A DNA stretch of 64,000 nt from Macrostomum lignano (Eukaryota). The position numbers and the translations under genes were made by a program. Below, one piece after another: positions 22,201-35,149 of the stretch. The stretch is taken from NCBI GenBank assembly GCA_002269645.1, contig NIVC01001209.1, positions 69,929-133,928 of the forward strand, in the 5' to 3' direction. The notes below the pieces were generated by a model that ran no database searches, was not told where the DNA came from, and was given only the letters and a program-made list of their open reading frames with translations. The stretch's first letter is position 1; the number at the start of each line of letters is the position of its first letter.

Positions 22201-25200
22201 TTCATATAATGATCTAGTTCCCATTCATAGAATGATCTAGTTCCCATTCATAGAATGATCTAGTTCCCATTCATAGAATGATCTAGTTCCCATTCATAGA
22301 ATGATCTAGTTCCCATTCATAGAATGATCTAGTTCCCATTCATAGAATGATCTAGCTCCCATTCATAGAATGATCTAGTTCCCATTCATAGAATGATCTA
22401 GTTCCCATGCATAGAATGATCTAGTTCCCATTCATAGAATGATCTAGTTTCCATTCATAGAATGATCTAGTTCCCATTCATAGAATGATCTAGTTCCCAT
22501 TCATAGAATGATCTAGTTCCCATTCATAGAATGATCTAGTTCCCATTCATAGAATGATCTAGTTCCCATTCATAGAATGATCTAGTTCCCATTCATAGAA
22601 TGATCTAGTTCCCATTCATAGAATGATCTAGTTCCCATTCATAGAATGATCTAGTTCCCATTCATAGAATGATCTAGTTCCCATTCATAGAATGATCTAG
22701 TTCCCATTCATAGAATGATCTAGCTCCCATTCATAGAATGATCTAGTTCCCATTCATAGAATGATCTAGTTCCCATTCATAGAATGATCTAGTTCCCATT
22801 CATAGAATGATCTAGTTCCCATTCATAGAATGATCTAGCTCTCATTCATATAATGATCTAGTTCCCATTCATAGAATGATCTAGTTCCCATTCATAGAAT
22901 GATCTAGTTCCCATTCATAGAATGATCTAGTTCCCATTCATAGAATGATCTAGTTCCCATTCATAGAATGATCTAGTTCCCATTCATAGAATGATCTAGT
23001 TCCCATTCATAGAATGATCTAGTTCCCATTCATAGAATGATCTAGTTCCCATGCATAGAATGATCTAGTTTCCATTCATAGAATGATCTAGTTTCCATTC
23101 ATAGAATGATCTAGTTCCCATTCATAGAATGATCTAGTTTCCATTCATAGAATGATCTAGTTTCCATTCATAGAATGATCTAGTTTCCATTCATAGAATG
23201 ATCTAGTTCCCATTCATAGAATGATCTAGTTCCCATTCATAGAATGATCTAGTTCCCATGCATAGAATGATCTAGTTCCCATTCATAGAATGATCTAGTT
23301 CCCATTCATAGAATGATCTAGTTCCCATGCATAGAATGATCTAGTTCCCATTCGCTTACTGTACTTACTTATAGACTAATTTTATGAGTTTATAAAAGCC
23401 GGGACAGATGAGGTCAAAAATATTTTTTACCTAACTAAGCACCAGAATCCGTATGCCAAGGTGCTCCTAACTCGCACCCGTTTTCATAGACAAATAGGAA
23501 TAAAAGTGAAGAAAAATATTCAGCCAGGAAAATGGTTCTTGGGTACAGTTTCAGTTCATGTTCTTTAGAGTGCGATGCAGGCACTGCGTGCGACACAGTT
23601 TGCTAGTTTTTTCATCTCCTCACTAGTACCGACTCCTGCACAGCAACTATATCTGCGCACACTGCTGGAAATGTCACGCTGCATTTCCTACCATCCAAGT
23701 AGCGCCTCCATTATACTCGTACATTTAGAAGGAAAAACAAATATTAAAATCATAAATTGCCACACTGCTTAAAAACTTGCTTTTTTCAAGCACAAATGCA
23801 GCTAGAAATAGAATATCTGCATTAGTTCAAAAACAAAGGCTTGAGCTTGGTGTTATTTACCCTTGAATCTACATAAACCGATTATTCATATTTAAACATA
23901 AATTCCGAAAAATTGCTGACATAAGGCTAAAAAACACTTCACAAATCGAAAAAAATCAACTGTTCTTTAAGATAAGTACTCTCCATTGAATTCTCCTTTT
24001 CATGGAAATCTCCTCATCGTGGAATTCTTCTCTCCATGGAACTTTCCTCTGTAAACCTATTTTCCTCTATTCCTATGTAAACTGTAACTTTACTGTAAAC
24101 TGTAACTGCTAAACAGTGACTACTGTAAACTGTAACTCTACTGTAACTATAACTACTGTAAACTGTAACTACTTTAAACTGTAACTGTAACTTAACAGTG
24201 ACTACTGTAAACTGTAACTCTACTGTAAACTATAACTACTGTAAACTAACTCTACTCTAAACTGTAACTCTACTGTAAACTAACTCTACTGTAAACTGTA
24301 ACTCTGTAAACTATACTGTAAACTATAACTACTGTAAACTGTAACTATACTGTAAACTATAACTACTGTAAACTGTAACTCTACTGTAAACTGTAACTAT
24401 ACTGTAAACTGTAACTATACTGTTAACTGTAACTATACTGTAAACTGTAACTATACTGTAAACTGTAACTATACTGTAAACTGTAACTATACTGTAAACT
24501 GTAACTATACTGTAAACTGTAACTATACTGTAAACTGTAACTATACTGTAAACTGTAACTATACTGTAAACTGTAACTATACTGTAAACTGTAACTATAC
24601 TGTAAACTATAACTACTGTAAACTGTAACTCTACTGTAAACTGTAACTATACTGTAAACTGTAACTATACTGTAAACTGTAACTATACTGTAAACTGTAA
24701 CTATACTGTAAACTATAACTACTGTAAACTGTAACTATACTGTAAACTGTAACTATACTGTAAACTGTAACTATACTGTAAACTGTAACTATACTGTAAA
24801 CTGTAACTATACTGTAAACTGTAACTATACTGTTAACTGTAACTATACTGTAAACTGTAACTATACTGTAAACTGTAACTATACTGTAAACTGTAACTAT
24901 ACTGTAAACTGTAACTATACTGTAAACTGTAACTATACTGTAAACTGTAACTATACTGTAAACTGTAACTATACTGTAAACTGTAACTATACTGTAAACT
25001 GTAACTATACTGTAAACTGTAACTATACTGTAAACTGTAACTATACTGTAAACTGTAACTATACTGTAAACTGTAACTATACTGTAAACTGTAACTATAC
25101 TGTAAACTGTAACTATACTGTAAACTGTAACTATACTGTAAACTGTAACTATACTGTAAACTGTAACTATACTGTAAACTGTAACTATACTGTAAACTGT

Positions 25201-25889
25201 AACTATACTGTAAACTGTAACTATACTGTAAACTGTAACTATACTGTAAACTGTAACTATACTGTAAACTGTAACTATACTGTTAACTGTAACTATACTG
25301 TAAACTGTAACTATACTGTAAACTGTAACTATACTGTAAACTGTAACTATACTGTAAACTGTAACTATACTGTAAACTGTAACTATACTGTAAACTGTAA
25401 CTATACTGTTAACTGTAACTATACTGTAAACTGTAACTATACTGTTAACTGTAACTATACTGTAAACTGTAACTATACTGTTAACTGTAACTATACTGTT
25501 AACTGTAACTACTAAACAGTGACTACTGTAAACTGTAACTATACTGTAAACTATAACTACTGTAAACTGTAACTACTGTAAACAGTAACTGTAAACTCAC
25601 CCATGAGCAGGTAGGCGCCGGTCAGGCTTGAGCCGGCAAAGGACAGCTGAGAGTCGGACGCGCCAACAAAGGAAGTGGCGATGTGGTCGCGCATGACGCC
25701 AAACGAGAAGCAGAAGCCGTCAACTAAAGCGTTGCACAGGAAAGAGCCGAGCACGATTAGCCAGGCGTAGCCTTTGTCAGGCGGATTTGGCGGAGACAGC
25801 TGGACTTCTTCTTTTGAAGGCAGCAAATTTGAGCACACTTGCGGCTGCTCCTGCTCCGCCTGAGCAATAGCGTCTCCTTCTTCCACCAT
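10210..25889 (-). CDS. Monocarboxylate transporter (SLC16/MCT, MFS), ~812 aa, 7 exons, long central loop
   Basis: Exons 25889-25601, 20495-20352, 18792-18434, 17315-16517, 15446-15324, 13284-13138 and 10787-10210 are all GT..AG and phase-consistent (2439 nt). MCT signatures: PPDKGYAWLIVLGSFLCNALVDG, GPISSALANTFGSRPV, YLPAVVTVGFWFESRRAFATGIAVCGSGIG, FSWRGTLMIL, IGVANTVGRIVAGWASD, VELMGLDRLTNAYGLLLLFQGVGIVVGPPLG. Confidence 0.93.
10915..13010. repeat. Minisatellite, 33-bp unit (aaagtatgtcagactgtctaatgttaatctatc), ~63 copies, MCT intron 6
   Basis: Read directly; explains the SKYVRLSNVNL and MSDCLMLIYQS ORFs. Confidence 0.97.
13303..15287. repeat. Minisatellite, 36-bp unit (ctgggatctgggacttcagggactggctgcttcttg), ~55 copies, MCT intron 5
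   Basis: Fills almost the whole 2039-nt intron; explains the GSGTSGTGCFLL ORFs. Confidence 0.97.
15530..16470. repeat. Minisatellite, ~11-bp unit (gattcggaata / gattcgcaata), MCT intron 4
   Basis: Read directly; explains the IYSESIPNLFR ORFs. Confidence 0.95.
17500..17930. repeat. Minisatellite, 34-bp unit (cctagaaacacgaatacagccaatagactgtgtt), MCT intron 3
   Basis: About 10 clean copies plus degenerate flanks. Confidence 0.92.
17968..18282 (-). mobile_element. tRNA-derived SINE with a CORE (MIR-like) central domain, in MCT intron 3
   Basis: On the minus strand: A-box-like TGGTGGTTAGA and B-box-like GGTTCGATTTC. The central segment (plus strand CCCATTTTACAGCTAGATGAACTGAAGCAATGCAGAGTTAAGTGTCTT..CAAGGACAC) resembles the reverse complement of the MIR CORE as I recall it (CCCATTTTACAGATGAGGAAACTGAGGCTCAGAGAGGTTAAGTAACTTGCCCAAGGTCAC). 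It ends in an (ATT)n tail. Confidence 0.7.
18800..19640. repeat. Purine-rich minisatellite (~20-bp core agagggcggaagatggcagt), MCT intron 2
   Basis: Variable-length units; pyrimidine-rich on the sense strand and running into the acceptor at 18793. Confidence 0.9.
20572..23353. repeat. Minisatellite, 23-bp unit (ctagttcccattcatagaatgat), ~120 copies, MCT intron 1
   Basis: Highly homogeneous copies read directly. Confidence 0.98.
24075..25595. repeat. Minisatellite, 18-bp unit (actgtaaactgtaactat), ~80 copies, MCT intron 1
   Basis: Begins within ~5 nt of the splice donor (sense GTGAGTTTACAGT...). Confidence 0.97.
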
Positions 25890-28789
25890 CTTGTGCGTGT
25901 TTGTCTTGAGCGATTTGCTTAAAACTAACAGACCGCGAGAGGGCCGCTGTGCAGTAATAGGTTGCAGCTGAATTTAGCGGCTAAATATCATTAAGCAAAA
26001 AGGCGGGTGACTGAATATGCCTGTTTTTTTCTCTTTTTTAAGGCACCGTTAAGTGCTGCCTGCCCCAGCGCTATGCGATCATCAAAATATTCTGGCATCC
26101 AATCCGGAAAGAGCCAAATCGAGAGACAGAGAAAGATAGAGAGAGAAATGTAGAGAGAAAGAAGAGGACGAAATAAGTGACCTGAATGCGACTTAACAAA
26201 TATAGAAACCGTTTCTGACACGTTTTCGATTCCTTAGATTTGAAACATTTACTTGGAAAGATTTATAGAGAGACCCAGAAAAAGGACAAGAAAAGAACAT
26301 GGTGCAAAGATCAAAAACAGTTCAAAAAAGAAAACAGAAAACAGTGGGCATAGTACTTTAGCCTTGCGCTGGCAAATTGGATTATAGAGAGCAAAATTTA
26401 AACACTGAACTTCATACTACTTACAATAGAAAAGTATGAATTGATTTATAGCAATAAGGAAAAATTTCCAATGTAATTAAAATGACCTTTTATATCTGAT
26501 AAAAAAATCTAATTATAGTTGCGAGTTTCACTTTAGACTACTGAGAAGAGTAGACAAATAAAGATTTGAGTTATAAAACCTTTCACATAGCCCAAAAATG
26601 CTGCCATAATAGAAATGTTAGTGCACATAAGCAGTGGTAGGAGAAGTCATAATATGGCTATGCTGATTGATAAAGGCAAACAAGCCAAAAACTAACCTCA
26701 GTCCACTTGTGAGGTTTGACCCACTTTTAGTATCATATTACTGAATACAAGATAAAAAAGGTTTTATTTTAGCTATAGCTTTATTTTGCATTTGGATGCT
26801 TATATAACTAAGAGATAAGTAGCCAGAAAAAAATTCTTACATTTTTTTCATTAAATGCATTAGCATAAGATAGGAATAGATAAAAATATATTAAGTAGCA
26901 TAGTATACTATATTATAAGATGGTATATCATATTTCTATTTATCTTCAGGTTTGGCAAAAAGTGACAAAAATGGACTTGTAAATAATTTAGGGACTGTTA
27001 TGAATGCCAATTTAAGCTCATAAAGTAGGGTTTCTAATTATCCCCTTGTTTATTCTCTCCTATCCTAAGTCCAATTCTAATTGCTTTCTTACCTAATCTA
27101 GCTTTCTAGTGTCACTATGAGCAGAATGACATATCATTTGTGTATATAGGTCACAGGCTCAATTTTATAAGCTTAAGTTTATATGCCTTTTTCTATAACT
27201 GCATAACTTTCTTGCTATACTTGCAATGCATTGCTACCTGCACTAGTTTAGTAATACTTGGCAAGAATGCTATAGATAGAGAATTAGGACCTGTTGTTTC
27301 TAGCTAATATGGCTATAAGAATGCAGCTATGAATAGTATTCTTCAGATTGTCTACCTTTTCTCTCTTTCCTCTCTTCTTTTCTTACTTCTTTCTTTTCTC
27401 TATCTCCTTATTTCTTTGCTCATTTTTCTTTACTTTCTCTTCTTTTATCTCTTTCCTTTCTTCATTTTTATTCCTTTCTTCTTTCTCTTTTTTTTTCTCT
27501 TATACATTTTTCCTCTTTCTCTCTTTTTTTCTCTTTTCTTTCCCTTTCCTATTTTTTTTCATAACTGTTAATTAAATAAAGTGACAAAATTTCCTGCTTC
27601 GCAAGATTTAATATAAGAGTAATGGCCATGTTAAGTTAAGTAGTTGGTTCCCAAGAAGATTAGATAATGGAAACCTTTTGAATACTTTGTAGTCTAGCCT
27701 TTTTTGATAGTGGCAAACACCGGGCAACCTACTTATTGGTTTTAACAATATTTTCAACTCAAAGTTTAGATTGTATATTAGAATATACTAGGTCTAATGC
27801 CAGAAAAAATTATTAGACCTTGTTTGTACATTGGAACTAACAAAACAAATGTGTCATTGACAAAATGTTTCTACTATGTCATGTATGCTAGGGTATATGC
27901 TATTATAAACTAAAAAATGGCAAGTACCTTTATTATACATTGGGAAATCCTGGCGTACATATAGCTTTCCAAAATATGTTGCTAAGTCCCTAACCCAAGG
28001 GATTTGAAAGCTTATATTATGAAAAGTAAAAATAGTCATCTTAATATTTGTTAGTGTTAATTGTTCTAGGCTTTCCCTGGATATCCTATTATCATTATTA
28101 ATTAGTTATAGAGATTATAGAAAATAAAACATACAAACCTTAGAGATTTAGTATATTTAGATATAAAAATTCAAAGTTTCTAACCAACTTATCCCTTTGG
28201 GCCATAGATATTCCCAAGCATCAGTGCTATATCAAACAATAGAATTCCTGCATTTTTGTACCAATCTAAAAAAACTTCAAAACTTTGAATAATTGTTAAA
28301 TATAATTACAAATTGCTAGACAAAAAAGCAAAAAGCAAAATTGTTAATTTTACTACTTTAATAACTTGGAGAATATCCAAACATGCTAAAATCTGCTTTT
28401 TAGGTAGTGAAAGTGTGAAAAGCATCAAAAAATAGTTTATATTAAAAAAATTGAGGATACTAGAAAGGCATTGCTAGAGATAGAACAAAGTGCTTAATAG
28501 CTTAGAGAGTATCCAAACATGCTAAAAATAAAATCAGTTTCTTAGATGGAAAATAAATTAAGAAAAATGCCATAAAATCATTGCTAGGCCTAGAGTCTAG
28601 GCATAGTTTTTTTATTTTATAAGCATTAGGCCCTAATCTTAAGTAGGCCCTAGGCTTAAATAAAACAGATTCGGATTTACAACTAGAATTACTAACACAA
28701 TACAATTTATTATTTTATTACATTTTTATAGTTTAGGTTCATAGTTTTATAGGCCTTTTTAATTAATGTTTTAATTTAAGGCTAGCAAG

Positions 28790-29002
28790 CAAAAGTGCAA
28801 CTAAGGGGGATAAGAAAGGGAAATTTGCCCTTCTTGGCCCTTAGGTGAAGACTTGATAAAAATCAACTAATTAAGAGGGGAGTTGGGGGACCAAGTGCAT
28901 TTTTGCCAAAATACTAAGCCAGCCCCTTTGCCCCTCTTCTTGCCTTGGTCTTTACAATCTAGAATCTGCCCCCCTTTCAAAAAATTTCTGGTTGCTCCAC
29001 TG
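28790..29002. mobile_element. Decayed hAT-type MITE
   Basis: Right end (reverse complement) CAGTGGAGCAAC versus left CAAAAGTGCAAC. The flanking 8-mers ctagcaag and ctggcaaa match 6/8 and are a candidate TSD. Confidence 0.4.
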
Positions 29003-32000
29003 CTGGCAAAAGTGAAGCCAAAAAAATTATAACAGTTTGCATTTAATGCTTTAGAAAGAAATTTCATTGAATTTATTTTATTGAGTGGATTCCAGTCATC
29101 TTTCTAAGCTTCTAATACATTTTCTGGCTCACTGGCTGTAACTCGTAATGTTTGTTAATAGTTATTGTAAGTAGGCCTAACCATGTAGGAAAGAAAAGAA
29201 TGGGGTGCTAATCTGAGAGACTTATTTTTGTTTTGCTTACTTTCGAATTTTTGCATCCTGGTACATCCGTTCTATTTTATTGGCTCTTGTCTCTTGAATG
29301 CCACAGACGACAGCAGTTTATTTGTTATTGTTTTCCTTCCCAAGTTCGTCTGATTGATATCAATATATTAGTGTTACACCAAAAACTAGACTTATCTTAG
29401 AACGTTTCATTACATTTAATTCTCATCTTACGTTATTACGATCGCACGATTCGCATGGAATGATGCGATATCAATCTGGCAATCTGGGAATTCAGAACTG
29501 AACTTGGGAACAGAGCAAATTGACCATGTTTTTTTTTTTTTAGTAGTAATTTGGCTCAGGCAAGAAGCCTGTTTGGCCAGTATATGTCAGTGTATTTAAT
29601 ATTAATATTATTTCGATAGAATGGGAGGGTCGTTCTCAAAGCTAGGTCACAACTTTTTGTTATTGCAAAAAAAGTTTATACATCGACCAATAATCGTACA
29701 AAAAAAATTCTTTCGACAATTTCTGTAAGAAGCTGCTACTAAAACCACAAGAAAACTTGAAATTGACAAGAAATCAAGGCTATTTGTTATTCTTTGTTGC
29801 GGAAAATAAACGACAAAAATATTAAAGAGAAAATAAAATTTTCTTCTATTTTTATTTTAAATATGCAGTTAAATTTCTTTTGCAAAAATAAAAGAACAAG
29901 AAATTGACAAAGGAAATGTTTTTGAGCACAGCATTTTGTTACTCTGCTCTAAATCCCAGACATTTAAAATTATCGTGTGCGAAAAAGTGCGAAATTATTA
30001 TAGCATGCACTCGAAAGGACTTCGATCAGTTTAACTAATCACTGAATTAAGAAGTCTAAATAAGTCTTGAAAGGTTGAATTAAAAATCAAGTTTTCACTA
30101 TGTATCTTTTCAAAGTTAAGATGATTCGACAAATAAAGAATGTTCATTTTTATGGTTAATAGAATTGTTTTCATTTTTACATTAAATATAATAAAATCTA
30201 ACTAATAATAGAAAAAGTCAGGGAACTATCCTTGAACACCAAAAAGCACATTGTGGATTTAATATCGACTGCATGTTCCTTAATAAAGGAATTCGGATAC
30301 TAGTATATATTTGATTATTTGTAGCATAATTTCTGAAAACTATAACTTGCTTGATTTTACTTTAAGTACTTATTACATTAATACTTATACCAAAGCTACA
30401 TGTACTTAAAATAAAAAATTATAGTTACTTATTAGACATTTTACTCCAATTAACTTAAAATAATTCAAATTTATTTTAATTAATTCATTTTTTGAAACTT
30501 TTTGGAAAATAGACAAAATTGAATTATTTAATTACCAAAAACCTACTAGCTTAACTAAAATAGCAATTAGTCTTTAAGAAAAGATTTCACTTGTTAATTG
30601 AGAAAAATGAGGATGTGCGAGGTGTAAAAATGCGAAAGAGCATGCAGGAAACAGAGACAAACAAAAATGTAGGTAAAAGACACTGCACATGCACATAATA
30701 TGATAACCAGACATAATGCGCACACTGAAACACCAGTAGCAATGACGCCCAAGCTTTTGATGATCACAAGTGAAAAGGCAAAACCCAGCCATCTAATCAA
30801 AGAAGTAGACTATAGCACGCATATTGAGTGCATCACGCATTTTTTGCAGAGAAGCTCGAAAATTAACATTGTATTCTGTGCACAACCACCAACTGCGACA
30901 GGGTCTGCCGGGGGATTTGTGGGCACGCGGTCGCGGATACAAATCGGAGGAGTCGCTGACCATTCTGAAATTACTAGCTAGCACATGTAATTTTGTGTAT
31001 TAATATTTTTTAGCCCGCTTTATTTCTATGCTCTCGTCCGCCTCTCGTTAATGCATCCCCAGACTCATGCAAAAATTAAACTTATGATCGAACTATGCAT
31101 GGCTTCCGTCCCTCGCTTTGAATCTCTCACCTCCCCATAGTTCCATCAACCTTACCGTAGTGGCTTCCTATGCAAAAATCATCCCTCCGCATCTTACACA
31201 GGCTACTTCAGGCTGTAGACTGTACTACACTATTAATTAGTTGCGCTAAAGAATCTACATGTATTTTGATCACAGCGCAGCGCGCTGCTCAAAGAAGTTT
31301 AGATCTATCTAGATATTCTAGTAATTTCAGGTTTGTCCATAGACTAGAGCTCATGAGATGAGAATTCCATTAACTAGTACATTTAATATGAATGAACAGC
31401 GTGTGTGTGTGCTGTGCATACATATGTATAATATACGAGTAGCTTATGGGCCAAATTATTGTGTGGCACAATTCTTGGCATCACTCAGCAGGCACAAGAT
31501 GCAGTTAAGCAGCGCACGAAAATTCTACAAAAGAAATTGAGCCTGGTTGAGGTGATGCGAGGAGGCAGATCCACACAATCTCAGTGAATACACCAGACTG
31601 CACCAGATACGAGTCCAGTCGAATGTGCGCACTGGTCTAAGCAGCACACGCATGTCCTTCTGACAATGACGGCACCTAGCTTCGTCCAAGCCTTTGCCAG
31701 CGTCACTGACAGCGTCAATACTACCATGCAGTGCCACCTGCAGCACCGACAACGGCAATTCCTCCAGTTAGCCCACAACAGTGGCTAAACTGAGGGACAG
31801 GGAACCTACCCACAGAAGACACACACATACACACACAGCACCGGCAGCAGCACTCTGACAGCATAACCTAAAGCTCCATGAGCTCAGTTTTCAAGCATTG
31901 AAGAAGCAGAAGCAGTCATCTTGGATCCAGGGATCAGGAAGAGTGTTGCATGTCCGACATGTGCTGTTTCCGTGGCAAAAGGTGATGGAGCAAATTAATC

Positions 32001-34529
32001 AACACTTACTATCTAGCTCGTATTAAGACTAAAAAACTGAGGCAAGCTGGGATTAAACTAAAGAAAATTTATTACTATACTTTTTTACCATACTTTTACT
32101 ATACTTCTATAGTATAGTAGAGAGGTACTCTATTTAAATGCAGTAAGAAGTGAAACAAATTTATATATTTAATTATTAAATTAAATTAATTCAAGGTAAA
32201 TAACTAATTTAACCAATTTATTAGGAGTATTTATTATTATAATAAAGTGATTTTTATACCTTACACGAAATAAGCTCTACATTCATTTCTTAGCTTGGGG
32301 CCCATCTGTATAAGGTCAGTTTCTTCAAAATGCTGATTAATTAATTAAGGCCTGTTGTCTTTACTTAAATTTATAAGGGCATCTTAGAAGTTAATATTAC
32401 TATATAATACAGGTATAATAGTATTACTATATTATAATAATATAGTTGCAATTTTAATGACTATTGAATAAGTTTAAATGCTTCCCCTATTGACTCTAAA
32501 TATATGGTATCTTTCCCTTCAGAAAAAATTAGCATAGAATGACTTGATGAAAACAAAAAAAATCATTTCGAGATACACATTTGCTGATCATTCAGGTCAA
32601 ATTTCAAGGTCCAGTTTTGCACATGTTTCTCTGTAGCTTGGTTACAAGGATTTTAATAAAAATATAATAAATATGTCCAATGAACTAACTGATACATAGC
32701 CAAATTGAAGTATTTTCAAAAACAAAAAAAATCATTTGCTCAGTTTACTTTACTGGATATCTGTGTAAAATTTCAGCTCAAAAGGTGCTCCATGGAGAAT
32801 GCTAGTGTGGTTACAGGATATTTATTTTGTGCTTCAAAGTAGGAGTTAATTGCGATGCATGGTTGCTTTTAATTATTTTTATCAATAATAGTGCTCTATT
32901 TCATAACAATTTTTTACAAAAAGATAATAAGACATGTTTTTCTAATTATCTGCATCAAAATGTATCATTTTAAGCGCACATTCTAGACGTCAGCTGAAAA
33001 ATACATTTTGTGAGACGAAAAGAGGCTATCCCACCGGAAATGCTAGGCGTCCAGTTAAGCGTCTATAAAATCATTTATAGTGCAGTTTATTGAGCTTTAA
33101 AAAATTCTTAAATTAAATTTATATAAGCTTTCATTTTAAATGTAATATAGCAAGGTTTCAACACAACAACAACTTGTTTTAGCTACAGACATCTTGTAGT
33201 ATCAAAAATTAACATCGGTGAAATGATTGAATTTGAATTTTTTCATCGCTAATTATCGCTTAATACCGCCAGATGATTAAAAACACTTTTGCATGATAAA
33301 GTTCAACCCAAAAATTATCTTTATTCACAGATAAAAGTGTCCTATTATTTTGAATATGGCAGTAACAATAGTAAATGTTCGGAAAATTGTTAAAATTTTT
33401 GCTCCTTCTAGAATTTGCGAACGACCCGGGATCTGTGCGGCGAGTTTTACAATAATATAGTATTTGAAAGGGCGCCAATTTTTTTTTTTTACGAAATTTT
33501 AAAAATCTTAAACGGCAAACAAAGCAAAAAGTATTTAAGTAAGGAATTAAAAGACAAGTATGGTGTCACTTGAATTCGTAGGTGATAAAAATAAGTTTAT
33601 ATGTATTAATCAGACAAAAAAATCAGATGAAAGGATTGCTGGCAATTATTAGGCATTAAATATGAAGGGTATTTTTGAAGCAAATATGTAAGAAAGAAAT
33701 AACCAAAAATAGAGTGCTTAAATAAAACAAAGGCGCGATTAGAAAAAAAAAATTTTTACATAAATAAACGCGTAATACGGGATAGATTGCACCGGTATTG
33801 TTTACTCGAAGAGGGGTAGGGACTTAATAGTGCAAGAGATGCATGTATAGTTCTTGGAAAATATCTTGAATTTTAAATAACGCATTGGAACTTGTTATAA
33901 CATAAGTATATCCTAAGTATTTAGATGAATTATCATTAATTGCTGCAGCATAATCTATTAGAAGGCCTCTTATTGGAATCAAAATTTTTATTGTTTTTCA
34001 ACATGATCCGTTTTCATTAGCTTTTTATACACGATTTCACCGTGTGCAGTTTCTATAGCAAAACTACACGTGCAGTCCAAGCAGAACAGTTCATATGTTC
34101 ACATGCGATGCAAGTTTTTTTTATTGTTTCGACTCGATATTGTTTTCATCAAGGTGCCGAACTTGCCTGCTGGATTACTATTGCGTGGTCTGTAAATTTG
34201 TATTTTTGTAAGGATGACAATTGTTTGGATGTCCATATCCTAAAAGCGGATCGAAAAGGAAGAACACTGAATACATGAATTGATAGAGGAGGCCAGAAAA
34301 ATATTGAAATACGAATTACATGGCATGTGTACATACCATCGAATACGTACGAAGGGTACTGCAAAAGTGTAGCCACTTGGCATTTTTAGCCATACGCTGT
34401 TTGTCGGCTATCAGTTTCATTTTCCATAGGCTTACATGACAATAAATGAATATGATGGATAATCTTGCAGCGTTCAGCCACTAGGGCCAGATAACTTCAG
34501 CACCTCTGTCCACTTTTAAAGCGGAGCTC

Positions 34530-35140
34530 CTGAAATTGACCGCGAATCGCGAGCATTTTCTTGCCATAATGATTTTTTATGACTATACCGCAGCGTCCTT
34601 GATTGCCGCCAGTGCAACGAAAGGCTATCAGTGGTTTCGCAGAAGCGGCTCCATCGCCTGCGACCGTCAGCAACTGGTTCTGTGAGTTTCTTCCTGGCTG
34701 AGACTCGTTGAAAGATAAGCGCGTACACGCCGACCTTCAACTACATGTACCACGACACCATGCAGAAACTGCAGTGGCTCGATCGTGTCCGCCAGCTGGT
34801 TGAAGCAAACAAGCAGATAATTTACAAGGAGATCGAAGCATCCCTGGCATCCATTCGCCGGCAATTGCTAAAACTCTCACGACCACATCGGCTTGCGAAT
34901 ACTGATCATAGATAGGTGTGCCCCACCTGCTGCAGCCTGAGCAAAACGGGCCCGGGTCGATTGGTGCCACCAGATGCTTCAGAAGTACAGCGATATAGTG
35001 TCGAAATCGGTCGTCGACATCGTGACATGCGACAAGACTTGGGTGTACTGCTACACTGTACGAGCCAGAGCGCAAGCGCAAGTCGCAGGTTTTCAGACGA
35101 GGTGCCACCAACGAAGGTCCTACAACGCTTTAACTCCCGG
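34530..35140 (+). pseudogene. Degenerate mariner (Tc1/mariner) transposase
   Basis: Frameshifted pieces read ..NREHFLA..IFYDY, APSPATVSNWFCEF, RPST, VPHLL (cf. WVPHEL), RVDWCHQML, IVTCDKTWVY (cf. IVTGDETW) and EPERKRKSQ..PTK. The C-terminal catalytic half is missing. Confidence 0.8.
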
Positions 35141-35149
35141 ACGCGTCTC

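Noticed and set aside
27329-27575. Phe/Leu-rich membrane-like ORFs
   Set aside because: Translation of a T/C low-complexity tract.
31525-31800. Cys-rich GC-richer patch as a PHD finger or exon
   Set aside because: The Cys/His spacing only fits by switching frames, and there are no convincing splice sites.
34495-34512. TTCAGCACC as a REST/RE1 site
   Set aside because: Only the left half-site matches, and it sits at the edge of the mariner relic.
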